Assembly: GCA_018648325.1 (NCBI GenBank)
Contig: JABGRK010000010.1
Coordinates: 8,621-72,620 of the forward strand
Direction of reading: 5' to 3'
DNA: 64,000 nt
Source of the DNA: Chloroflexota bacterium
GTDB lineage: Bacteria; Chloroflexota; Dehalococcoidia; JABGRK01
The number at the start of each line of letters is the position of its first letter. Position 1 is the stretch's first letter. A program made the position numbers and the translations under genes. This document shows, one piece after another, positions 50,968 through 59,265 of the stretch. Below the pieces are notes generated by a model. The model was not told the origin of the DNA and ran no database searches. It saw only the letters and a program-made list of their open reading frames with translations.

Positions 50968-51139
50968 AACATCCCCCTCGGATATTAATCCAAATAAATT
51001 TTGCCTTTTTACAGTTAAATGTGTCTACCGTGTAAACACGTATATTCCTTATACTACAAATTTGCAGCAACTACGTCAAATTGCAAAATTTCTCTTCAGT
51101 GGTATAATGCACAGCACAAGACCCGCTAAAGGAAAAGAC

Positions 51140-51637
51140 ATGGCTAAAAAACACAAGGACTGGCTCACGGGCGAGCATTCAAAAGGCGATATGGGGCAGC
51201 TAATACTTGCCTGCCTGTTTGCAGCTATCTGGATAGCCGACACATTCTTTTTAAGATATACCACTTTTCTCAACCAGTACATTCCACTTGCTATCAGAAT
51301 ACCTTGTGGAATCATGGTGATCGCTGCCGCCCTGTACCTTGGAAAAGTGGCGCTTACCACCGTATTTGCAGAAGAAAACAAGGATGTTGGAGTGATCGAC
51401 AAGGGAATATTCGGCGTCGTTCGCCATCCGGTATATCTGAGCGAGATCATAATATATACTGGTCTGCTGATAATAAGTATGTCGCTGGCAGCAGCAGCAG
51501 TGTGGGTTATTACCATCGGGTTCCTGCACTGGATATCAAAGTACGAAGAAAAACTGTTGCTTACGCGCTTTGGGCAAGATTATGAAAAGCATATACAAAA
51601 AGTGCCCATGTGGTTCCCACGACTTTTTAAAAAATAG
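51140..51637 (+). CDS. Isoprenylcysteine carboxyl methyltransferase (ICMT/PEMT) family membrane methyltransferase
   Basis: VVRHPVYLSEI and HWISKYEEKLLLTRFGQDYEKH C-terminal motifs. The preferred start is MAKKHKD with AAAGGA RBS; the listed TTG at 51062 lacks an RBS. Confidence 0.75.
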   Translation: MAKKHKDWLTGEHSKGDMGQLILACLFAAIWIADTFFLRYTTFLNQYIPLAIRIPCGIMVIAAALYLGKVALTTVFAEENKDVGVIDKGIFGVVRHPVYLSEIIIYTGLLIISMSLAAAAVWVITIGFLHWISKYEEKLLLTRFGQDYEKHIQKVPMWFPRLFKK

Positions 51638-51640
51638 GAG

Positions 51641-52165
51641 ATGGATATGAATAGTGAGTTTGATGAAATAGCCAAGTTCCACGGACACAAATGCCCCGGC
51701 CTTGCCATGGGATATCGCATGACCAAGGCAGCCATGAACCGCCTGTCCGAAACAAGCGCTGCCGATGAAGAACTGGTGGCGATAGTTGAAAACGACGCCT
51801 GTGGAACCGATGCGTTACAATGGCTCACCAGATGCACATTCGGCAAAGGCAACTTCATTTTCAAGGACTACGGCAAGCAGATTTTTACTCTGTACAGCAG
51901 AAACACCGGCAAAGGAGTGCGCGTTCACTTCAAAGACGGCGCTGTGCCTGAGTCCGCACGGGCAAGCAAGCCCGACATGATAGCTTGGATACTGGCGGCG
52001 GATGAAAAAGACGTGGTCGATGCAAAAGAGGTCTCGCTGGAACCACCACCAAAGGCTCAAATCTATAAATCGATCAAGTGCGACTTCTGTGGCGAGGGCA
52101 CCATGCAAACGCGCATCAAACAGGTAGACGGCAAAAGCCTGTGCATCCCATGCTCGCTTAAGTGA
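51641..52165 (+). CDS. FmdE-family protein with a C-terminal zinc ribbon
   Basis: FHGHKCPGLAMGYRM motif and a C-terminal CDFCGE..CIPC. Confidence 0.82.
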   Translation: MDMNSEFDEIAKFHGHKCPGLAMGYRMTKAAMNRLSETSAADEELVAIVENDACGTDALQWLTRCTFGKGNFIFKDYGKQIFTLYSRNTGKGVRVHFKDGAVPESARASKPDMIAWILAADEKDVVDAKEVSLEPPPKAQIYKSIKCDFCGEGTMQTRIKQVDGKSLCIPCSLK

Positions 52166-52183
52166 TAAGAACAGGACTTTCAG

Positions 52184-53191
52184 ATGCAAAAAGAGGCCAT
52201 GCTATATACAGCGCTTGCAAACAACAACGTCCATTGCTATCTATGCGCGCACCAGTGCAAGATAGCGCCGTCAAAGTACGGCGTGTGCGGGGTAAGGCAT
52301 AACGTGGATGGCGTACTGCAAACGCTGGTTTATAACAAGGCGATTGCCGCCAACGTCGATCCCATTGAGAAAAAGCCGCTGTACCACTTCCTGCCCGGCT
52401 CGAAATCATACTCAATAGCCACGGCGGGCTGTAATTTTAAGTGCGGCTTTTGCCAGAACTGGAACATCTCACAACTTCCGATCGAAAACAGAGACACCAT
52501 TCCGGGGCAGGAACTTACGCCGCAGCAGATTATGAACGAAGCCAAAGAGACGGGGTGTGCCAGCATATCCTACACCTATACCGAACCAACCATATTTTTT
52601 GAATACGCCTACGATACTGCCAAACTGGCCAGGCAGGCCGGGCTGTACAATGTGTTCGTTACCAATGGTTTTATGACAAAGGAGGCTATTGATACAATAC
52701 ATCCATATCTGGACGCGGCAAATGTGGACCTTAAAAGTTTTTCGGATGATTACTATAAGAAGCACTGCAAAACCAAACTTGCTCCGGTGCTTGAGTCGAT
52801 AAAATACATGAAGCAGTTGGGCATATGGGTGGAGGTAACCACGCTGGTTATTCCCGGTTTAAATGACTCCGATGTAGAGCTAAACGATATAGCCGAATTT
52901 CTGGCGCAAGTGGATGTGGATATACCATGGCATATAAGCAGGTTCCACCCTGATTACAGGTTTGCCGATTACAGCGCCACGCCGACTGAAACACTTGAAC
53001 GAGCCAAGGCAACAGGTGTTACACGAGGACTGCACCACGTTTACCTGGGCAACGTGTCATCTGACTCAGATACATACTGCCCTAACTGCAAACAACAACT
53101 GGTCAGGCGATCGCACCTTACAAGCGATGTTACCGCAATAATCGATGGCAAATGCGCGTCATGCGGCGCTGCCATACCCGGCGTCTGGTAG
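52184..53191 (+). CDS. AmmeMemoRadiSam-system radical SAM enzyme
   Basis: N-terminal CYLCAHQCKI..GVCGVR zinc-ribbon-like segment, the CNFKCGFCQNW radical-SAM CxxxCxxC motif, and a ~335-aa length typical of that family. Confidence 0.85.
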   Translation: MQKEAMLYTALANNNVHCYLCAHQCKIAPSKYGVCGVRHNVDGVLQTLVYNKAIAANVDPIEKKPLYHFLPGSKSYSIATAGCNFKCGFCQNWNISQLPIENRDTIPGQELTPQQIMNEAKETGCASISYTYTEPTIFFEYAYDTAKLARQAGLYNVFVTNGFMTKEAIDTIHPYLDAANVDLKSFSDDYYKKHCKTKLAPVLESIKYMKQLGIWVEVTTLVIPGLNDSDVELNDIAEFLAQVDVDIPWHISRFHPDYRFADYSATPTETLERAKATGVTRGLHHVYLGNVSSDSDTYCPNCKQQLVRRSHLTSDVTAIIDGKCASCGAAIPGVW

Positions 53192-53221
53192 CTTAACGAC
53201 TATCAGGAGACAATATGACAG

Positions 53222-53434
53222 CTACGCGCCGTGTGCTTCCATTTTAAACGAAATCTTGACCTTGGCCCGATAAGCCGAAATCTTGCCATTCTCCATATGC
53301 ATATCAAGCTCAAGAACCTCTGCTATCCTTACATCTCTAACGGTTTCGGCGGCCATGTTTACGGCATTGGCAGCGGCCTCTTCCCATGACGTGGGGCTTG
53401 ATCCGGCAACTTCAATAAATTTATAAACCGACAT
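53222..53434 (-). CDS. Dodecin-family flavin-binding protein
   Basis: 70 aa (MSVYKFIEVAGSSPTSWEEAA..) with a perfect AGGAGG 7 nt upstream of the second ATG. Confidence 0.8.
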   Translation of the reverse strand: MSVYKFIEVAGSSPTSWEEAAANAVNMAAETVRDVRIAEVLELDMHMENGKISAYRAKVKISFKMEAHGA

Positions 53435-53538
53435 AATCATACCTCCTAAAGTTATTGCAAGTGAGCCATTTTATGCCCTAATTCCAGATTAGTCAAGGCC
53501 GTGGTAGAATTAGTGTGGAATCATAACATTATGGGGCT

Positions 53539-53751
53539 ATGCATATGAGCGATGAAACAAACGGATGTCCCCAGTGCTTCGGGTGGGGTTTTACTCTTAT
53601 GGACTGCAAGGAATGCGATGGCAGCGGTATGGGTGATCCTTACACGTCTCCAAACTGCATGGAGTGCAACGGTACTGGGGTGCTGGAGATGCCATGTAAA
53701 AATCCTGAGTGCGAAGGCAAAACCAGAAAAGACAATCGACCTACTACTTAA
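53539..53751 (+). CDS. Free-standing DnaJ-type zinc-finger mini-protein (CxxCxGxG repeats)
   Basis: CPQCFGWG, CKECDGSG, CMECNGTG and a degenerate CKNPECEGK within 70 aa. Confidence 0.6.
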   Translation: MHMSDETNGCPQCFGWGFTLMDCKECDGSGMGDPYTSPNCMECNGTGVLEMPCKNPECEGKTRKDNRPTT

Positions 53752-54028
53752 TCATCCTGATAACTCTTACCGGAGGAGTCGGTCTGCGCACCCGAATTCT
53801 TCGTATTAGCCTCAAAATTACAGGTAAAATGCTGTGCACAAAAAACAGTGGCAGCATAGGATAAAAGAGATAATCGTGCATCCTGAACGCCAGCTGCTTG
53901 GTTAGCAGGCCAAAGGTTATAGCTTCAACAGTTCTGAACTCAGTAATGCCAAATCCGGTCAGGATATATAGCAATATAACTACAAGCAGCAACCAGCGCA
54001 TTATTCTTTTTGATAATCGCCAACTCAT
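53744..54028 (-). CDS. Small membrane protein (2-3 TM) with two intramembrane His
   Basis: 94-aa hydrophobic ORF immediately downstream of the Mo-domain gene on the same strand. Confidence 0.45.
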   Translation of the reverse strand: MSWRLSKRIMRWLLLVVILLYILTGFGITEFRTVEAITFGLLTKQLAFRMHDYLFYPMLPLFFVHSILPVILRLIRRIRVRRPTPPVRVIRMIK

Positions 54029-54041
54029 AAAACCTCACCTG

Positions 54042-54728
54042 TCAATCAAACTTGCTTCCATCCAGATCACCGTCGTTTGAATAACCGCGCTGTTCCCAAT
54101 AACCTTTATAGTTAATATCATCAGATAGCTCTATACGGGTTATCCACTTAATCCACTTGTAGCCCCACTTGCTTTCAGCTACAAGCTGGAAGGGGAAACC
54201 GCGCTCTGGCGGCAATGTGACGTCGTTCATCTTGTACGCCATAATGATATTGTTATCAGTTATGTATTCAATAGCAAAAGAGGTTGTATATCCATCCGCA
54301 GCGTGGAAGATAACTACTTTGGCTTCTGGCAACACACCGGTCTGTTCAAACAGGTCAGTAACCAGCATCCCCTCCCACAAAATGTTGGCGCTCCAGCCCT
54401 CAACGCAATTGAGTGTAACTACTTTCTTGTACAAATCATTGTTATCTACAACCTCATCGTAAGACAGGGTTACCGGTGTTTGCACCAGACCATCAATCGT
54501 AAGCTCATAGCTATCCTGATCAACATATTGAGGGCCTTTAATGGAGTTATCCCTAAAATCCTGTACAGACGACAGGTTCTCGCCCTTATACTCCCGCACT
54601 TCTATGCCCGAAAGCTCAATGGCACCCTGGCGACACGCCGACGCCAGCAGTACCGCGACAACCACAAGAGCCGATATCAAGAGAAACAGTCGTCTCATAT
54701 ATTTCCTCCACAACCTAAGAAATACCAA
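54042..54728 (-). CDS. Exported molybdopterin-binding oxidoreductase domain protein (sulfite-oxidase family, MsrP/YedY-like)
   Basis: Signal peptide MRRLFLLISALVVVAVLLASA, the TLNCVEGWS molybdenum-ligand cysteine context, and a conserved WGYKWIKW tail. Confidence 0.75.
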   Translation of the reverse strand: MVFLRLWRKYMRRLFLLISALVVVAVLLASACRQGAIELSGIEVREYKGENLSSVQDFRDNSIKGPQYVDQDSYELTIDGLVQTPVTLSYDEVVDNNDLYKKVVTLNCVEGWSANILWEGMLVTDLFEQTGVLPEAKVVIFHAADGYTTSFAIEYITDNNIIMAYKMNDVTLPPERGFPFQLVAESKWGYKWIKWITRIELSDDINYKGYWEQRGYSNDGDLDGSKFD

Positions 54729-54770
54729 TAATTAGGGGCTAAGTTTTTCACAACCCAGCAAACAGTCAAA

Positions 54771-54989
54771 TTAAACTGCCACTACCTCTTTAACTTCCGG
54801 CAGTTCACCCTTTAGCACACGCTCTACACCATGCTTAAGTGTCATGGTGGACATAGCACAATGCCCACATGCCCCGGTAAGTCTTACCGAAACCACGCCA
54901 TCATTAACATTTACCAGTTCTACATTACCGCCATCGGCCATCAGAGCCGGGCGTATCTTATCAAGTACCTGCTCAATCTTTTCTCGCAT
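54771..54989 (-). CDS. NifU/Nfu-type Fe-S cluster scaffold domain protein
   Basis: 72 aa with the GACGHC(A) CxxC motif and a LKGEL-like tail. Confidence 0.82.
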   Translation of the reverse strand: MREKIEQVLDKIRPALMADGGNVELVNVNDGVVSVRLTGACGHCAMSTMTLKHGVERVLKGELPEVKEVVAV

Positions 54990-55196
54990 ATCATACCTCC
55001 TGCATTAAATACAATCACCATTGTGGACGATACGTGCATCTTTTGTATGCGACTTTTGTCCCAAAATGACTCTTTCCGCTATTGTGGATACAGCCTGCTT
55101 GCTTTAAAATTAAGTGTTCGGGATACGAAAACCCCAAAAGTGATATTTATACATGGAGTCCAAGTGCCACAAATAGATGAACACAGAAGCGCCGAG

Positions 55197-56588
55197 ATGG
55201 GGCGTGGTTCAATATGGAAACTGCTGTTCCGCTTTTCCGGCCCGGCCATTATCTCTATGACCGTTGCCTCTACCTACAACATGGTCGACAGAATGTGGGT
55301 AGGCCGCATACCGGGCGAAGAGGGTCTGCAATCGCTTGCCGCTCTGGGCTACGCTTTCCCCATAATGATTGCCTTTATGTCTATTCTGCTGGGAACCGGC
55401 GTGGGGGCAGCTTCACTGATTTCACGAAGGCTTGGCGCCGGTAATAGAAATGGAGCCAACCGCGCAGCCGCCATGACAATAACGCTGTCCCTGATACTGG
55501 GTATTCTAATGACAGCCATCGTCCTGCCCAACCTAGACGGCATATTGCGCCTGATAGGAGCCAACGATGAAACGCTCTATGATGCAGCGGTTCTACAGCA
55601 AGCCAAAAACTATATGTCTATCCTAACCATCTTCGCATTCGTAAATGCATTTTCATTAACCATCGGCAGCATTATCAGAGCAGAGGGGTCACCCACCTTC
55701 CCCAGTGTAGTGATGATAATATCCGCCCTAACCAACATAGCGCTTGACCCTATACTGATTCATGGTCTCAATATGGGAGTTAGTGGCGCGGCCTACGCCA
55801 CCGTAATTGCCCGGTCTTTGGCCGCAGTAATATTTATATACTACTTCGTTTCCAGAAAGTCATCGTTCCGCTTCCGTCTCAAAAACTTTTTACTGCATTT
55901 TGGGATACTTAAGGAGATCTACAAAGTGGGTTTGGCCTCAATTGTAAGAATGGCCGCTTTTGCTTTTGTGACCATACTGGCAAACAGAATAGCCACCGAC
56001 TTAAGTGCGGGCGGCGCAGGCTATGTTGCAGTACTAAGCATTATGTTCAGCATATCCAGCTTCGCGTTTATGCCCACCATGGGACTGGGCCAGGGAGTGC
56101 TACCTCTGGTTGGCTATAACCACGGTGCCGGACTCACAAAACGCGTGGGGGGCGTGGTTAGTAAAGCAAGTACTATAGCCCTGGGTTGGGGTGTCATGTG
56201 TACACTGATTGCACTGCTCATACCAAAACAATTGATGTCCATATTTAACTCCGATCCCGCATTTCTGGAAAACGGTACAACCGCCATGAGGATTTTTGCC
56301 ATAAGCTTTTTTACCGTTGGACTTCAAAATGTCTTGAGCGCTTTCTTTCAGGGAATGGGAAGAGGAATTGCCTCACTCATTCTGGCATCTGCACGGCAGA
56401 TTATTTTCCTTATTCCGGCAATTCTTATACTTCCCGATATTTTCCAAGAAACAGGTCTTTGGGCTTCATTTCCAGTTGCAGATCTGTGCGCCATCACACT
56501 AACGCTGGTCTGGACAATAATTGCGTTTAAGCGTATGGGCATCCGCTTCCGCCTCAGATATCCGAACAGAAATACACAAAATCCATAG
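55197..56588 (+). CDS. MATE-family efflux transporter
   Basis: N-terminal LLFRFSGPAIISM..MVDRMWVGR and 12 TM helices. The start is moved to the ATG at 55197; GTG at 55164 with a GGAG RBS is an alternative. The listed ORF start at 54831 overlaps the NifU-like gene. Confidence 0.82.
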   Translation: MGRGSIWKLLFRFSGPAIISMTVASTYNMVDRMWVGRIPGEEGLQSLAALGYAFPIMIAFMSILLGTGVGAASLISRRLGAGNRNGANRAAAMTITLSLILGILMTAIVLPNLDGILRLIGANDETLYDAAVLQQAKNYMSILTIFAFVNAFSLTIGSIIRAEGSPTFPSVVMIISALTNIALDPILIHGLNMGVSGAAYATVIARSLAAVIFIYYFVSRKSSFRFRLKNFLLHFGILKEIYKVGLASIVRMAAFAFVTILANRIATDLSAGGAGYVAVLSIMFSISSFAFMPTMGLGQGVLPLVGYNHGAGLTKRVGGVVSKASTIALGWGVMCTLIALLIPKQLMSIFNSDPAFLENGTTAMRIFAISFFTVGLQNVLSAFFQGMGRGIASLILASARQIIFLIPAILILPDIFQETGLWASFPVADLCAITLTLVWTIIAFKRMGIRFRLRYPNRNTQNP

Positions 56589-56649
56589 TCTGCATGAAAT
56601 TGACAGACACAGCGAATTTTTTGTATCATTAACCAGTGGAGGTACAAAT

Positions 56650-56907
56650 ATGGCAGATTCAAACGAGATAAACCAGAAAATTATAACGGCTACAGGCGGC
56701 ATCTACCGCTCATGGACCATAGGTGTCACCAGTGACCCCGATCAGACCAAGAAGAAAGCTCGCAATCCCAAGAACTGGAATCTTTATGAGGCTGATTCGG
56801 CTGCAAATGCAAAAGCCATTGTTGACTCTTTTACCGAGCAGAAGATGGTGGCAGGGCCTTCGGATGACGGCGCCGCAACTGTTTATTTGCACTTAAACAG
56901 AAGATAA
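56650..56907 (+). CDS. Small hypothetical protein (85 aa)
   Basis: GGAGG lies 7 nt upstream of the internal ATG (MADSNEINQK..) of the listed ORF. No family recognised. Confidence 0.5.
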   Translation: MADSNEINQKIITATGGIYRSWTIGVTSDPDQTKKKARNPKNWNLYEADSAANAKAIVDSFTEQKMVAGPSDDGAATVYLHLNRR

Positions 56908-57008
56908 AAAAACACAAGTAAAAAACGAAGAAGGCCAGCCCGCTAAAAGGTATATGTTATATATATCCAGCGAGTTAGCCTTCTTTTTCTATTCATATGT
57001 AGATGTGA

Positions 57009-57512
57009 CTAATCTATTAGCTTAAAACGCTTTTGGGGAACACCACAGATGGGGCAGCGTTCCGGGGCATCTCCCACAACCGTATTACCGCAGTACTGGC
57101 ACACATATATAGACTTATCCTCTATTGCTTCACCCTTTTCCAGTTTGGCCAGTGCATCGCTATAAAGCGTATGGTGAATCTTTTCCACCGTATTGGCCAG
57201 TTGAAAACTACCTGCCGCTTTATTATTATCCTCTTTCCCCGCTTGCTCTATAAAATCGGGATACATACTGGTAAACTCATGATGTTCTCCCTCAATAGCC
57301 GCCTTCAGATTATCCACCGAGGACTTGATACCACCCAGTACGTTTAAATGATTGCGGGCATGTGCCGTTTCTGCATCAGCCGCAGCACGGAACAGCCGCG
57401 CTATGTACGCGTTTCCCTCTTTATCGGCCACCTCGGCAAAATATGTGTACTTGCGCGATGCCTGACTCTCCCCGGCAAAAGCCGCACTCAAATTATCGTT
57501 TGTGTTACCCAT
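57009..57512 (-). CDS. Rubrerythrin
   Basis: Ferritin-like diiron E..EH motifs and a C-terminal rubredoxin-like CQYCGN..CPICG. Confidence 0.9.
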   Translation of the reverse strand: MGNTNDNLSAAFAGESQASRKYTYFAEVADKEGNAYIARLFRAAADAETAHARNHLNVLGGIKSSVDNLKAAIEGEHHEFTSMYPDFIEQAGKEDNNKAAGSFQLANTVEKIHHTLYSDALAKLEKGEAIEDKSIYVCQYCGNTVVGDAPERCPICGVPQKRFKLID

Positions 57513-57680
57513 AGCTCAACTCCTTCAAGTTTAAATTTTTATTATAATGCGATGTACTTCGAGAGTATACTGCATTTGAAACAACAGTGTAAACCATTTT
57601 ATACAGACAGTTATGTGATAAAAGTAGCATACAACAAATCCAAGCTGCTATACTGTTTTGCACCGGTAGGAGGCAAAAAC

Positions 57681-57941
57681 GTGAGCGGAGCAGAAATCAT
57701 AGGACTTATAGCAGGGGCTTTTGTCACCTTTAGCCTGGTGCCGCAGGTAATACGCGTGTTCAAACTTAAAAGCGCACGCGGAATAAGCCTGACATTCAGC
57801 GTGGCACTACTGATAGGTCTGTTTTTCTGGATCGCTTATGGGATTATGAACGAAGCGATATCGGTAATACTGTGGAACTGCGTTGGAGCCACCATTTCGA
57901 TTACACTGCTTTTTGCCAAACTTAAGTACAACAAACAATAG
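57681..57941 (+). CDS. SemiSWEET (PQ-loop/MtN3-like) 3-TM sugar transporter
   Basis: GTG start after AGGAGG. The LVPQVIRVFKLKSARGIS PQ motif aligns closely with characterised bacterial SemiSWEETs; 86 aa. Confidence 0.8.
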   Translation: MSGAEIIGLIAGAFVTFSLVPQVIRVFKLKSARGISLTFSVALLIGLFFWIAYGIMNEAISVILWNCVGATISITLLFAKLKYNKQ

Positions 57942-57950
57942 CAAGGGCAA

Positions 57951-58682
57951 TCAGGCATCTACCAGCAAATATCCGGCATGATCCTTGAGCCATTTTCTAT
58001 ACTCCCGCCACTGCGGATAATATTCGGCCACCAGATTCCAAAACGCCTTTGAGTGATTCATTTGCCTCAAGTGCAGCAGCTCGTGAACTATCGTGTAGTC
58101 AATTATGTGGGGCGGAGTCATTATCAGCTTCCAGTTCAGATTGATATTCTTTTTGCTCGAACAACTGCCCCAGCGGCTCTTTTGCCCACGAATGGAAACG
58201 CGGTTATATGTCAAACCAAGGCGACTGGCCAGCTCATCTACCCGCCCAGGAATAAACATCTTTGCCTGATCACGAAGCCACTGTTTTATAGTCTGTGCGG
58301 CAGTCCCATTGTCCAGCTGTTTCGATTGCAGCAGGAGTCTGTCATCATCCAATATCACGCCATCTGTATCAGCGTGATCTATACTAAAAACGATTTCCAG
58401 ATCCCTGCCCAGATACGGTATATTGTCGCCCTGCTGAAGATGGCCATTCTCAAACGGATGCTCGTAGCCTGTATACCTGTCTATGTTCTTTAAAATCCAG
58501 TGTTTTTTGCCCTCCATCAGCGCTGGCACCGAGGAGGCACTACAACGCTGCGGAACAACCACAACCAGCCCTGTGCAGGCATTTATTTCAAAATGCACGT
58601 GCCTGGCTCTACGGCTGCGCCTGAAAGCATATTCCACTTCCTGTCCATCAAGAACTATTTTTTGTTTGCTCTGTGCCGTCAA
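57951..58682 (-). CDS. DUF45/YgjP-like M48-family metal-dependent hydrolase
   Basis: HELLHLRQMNHSKAFW (HExxH..NHS) motif; 243 aa. Confidence 0.8.
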   Translation of the reverse strand: MTAQSKQKIVLDGQEVEYAFRRSRRARHVHFEINACTGLVVVVPQRCSASSVPALMEGKKHWILKNIDRYTGYEHPFENGHLQQGDNIPYLGRDLEIVFSIDHADTDGVILDDDRLLLQSKQLDNGTAAQTIKQWLRDQAKMFIPGRVDELASRLGLTYNRVSIRGQKSRWGSCSSKKNINLNWKLIMTPPHIIDYTIVHELLHLRQMNHSKAFWNLVAEYYPQWREYRKWLKDHAGYLLVDA

Positions 58683-58845
58683 TTTACTTGCCTCAATTGA
58701 GTTATCGACGATTCCTGTATATCAGGCCCATATTCAATAATAATCGATTTGCCCGTGTCGGGGTAGGGTTAAATGAACAGGTATAACAAAGGATGAGTAT
58801 ACAAAGGTTTGAGGGAACAAAAAGAAAGGCTTTGCAAGTTGAAAA

Positions 58846-58920
58846 TCGGGGTGGCCGGACTCGAACCGGCGACCTCCTGAACCCCATTCAGGCGCGCTAG
58901 CCAAACTGCGCCACACCCCG
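58846..58920 (-). tRNA. tRNA-Pro (anticodon GGG)
   Basis: Reverse complement CGGGGTG-TG-GCGC..GCGC-G-CCTGA-ATGGGGT-TCAGG-AGGTC-GCCGG-TTCGAGT-CCGGC-CACCCCG-A. CCA is not encoded. Confidence 0.88.
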
Positions 58921-58994
58921 ACGTAAAGCTAAATCCTTAGCTCCTTTTCTATGATTTTTCCCATATTCAGATGGGCTACAATTAAGAGTAACAT

Positions 58995-59041
58995 CACTGT
59001 ACTTAGCTTGTCAATATTGGGGATATGGAATCTAGCCCCAC
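58995..59041. repeat. Copy 1 of a ~47-bp imperfect direct repeat (copy 2 at 60268..60313) flanking the propeller-lipoprotein gene
   Basis: CACTGTACTTAGCTTGTCAATATTGGGGATATGGAATCTAGCCCCAC versus CACTGTATTATGCTTATCAATGTTGGGATAGAAAATAGTAGCCCCAC, about 75 percent identity. Confidence 0.6.
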
Positions 59042-59265
59042 TTTTTGAACTATAAACAAAGTCAAGAAAGTATCAAAAAAAACCTTGAGTAAGTATCAGG
59101 TTTGTATTCATATCATTAGAATTATAGTAGTATGCTACGATTCAACATATGAGGCAAAAATGCTATTCTTGAGGATAGAGTCATCATTGACTTTTTAGCT
59201 AGAAAGTATTAATTTAACATTGCGTTATTATCATACTGATACGTAAAGTTATTCGAGTTCATTGT

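Noticed and set aside
51062-51139. Upstream TTG start extending the ICMT-family methyltransferase by 26 aa
   Set aside because: There is no RBS, and the extension (MQQLRQIAKFLFSGIMHSTRPAKGKD) is not part of the family fold. The ATG at 51140 has an AAAGGA RBS.
54831-55196. N-terminal 122 aa of the listed 585-aa ORF preceding the MATE transporter
   Set aside because: This part overlaps the NifU-like gene on the other strand and has no MATE homology. The MATE N-terminus begins at the internal ATG at 55197 (or GTG at 55164).
58734-58916. 60-aa minus-strand ORF
   Set aside because: It is superimposed on tRNA-Pro. The tRNA cloverleaf is unambiguous, so the ORF is spurious.
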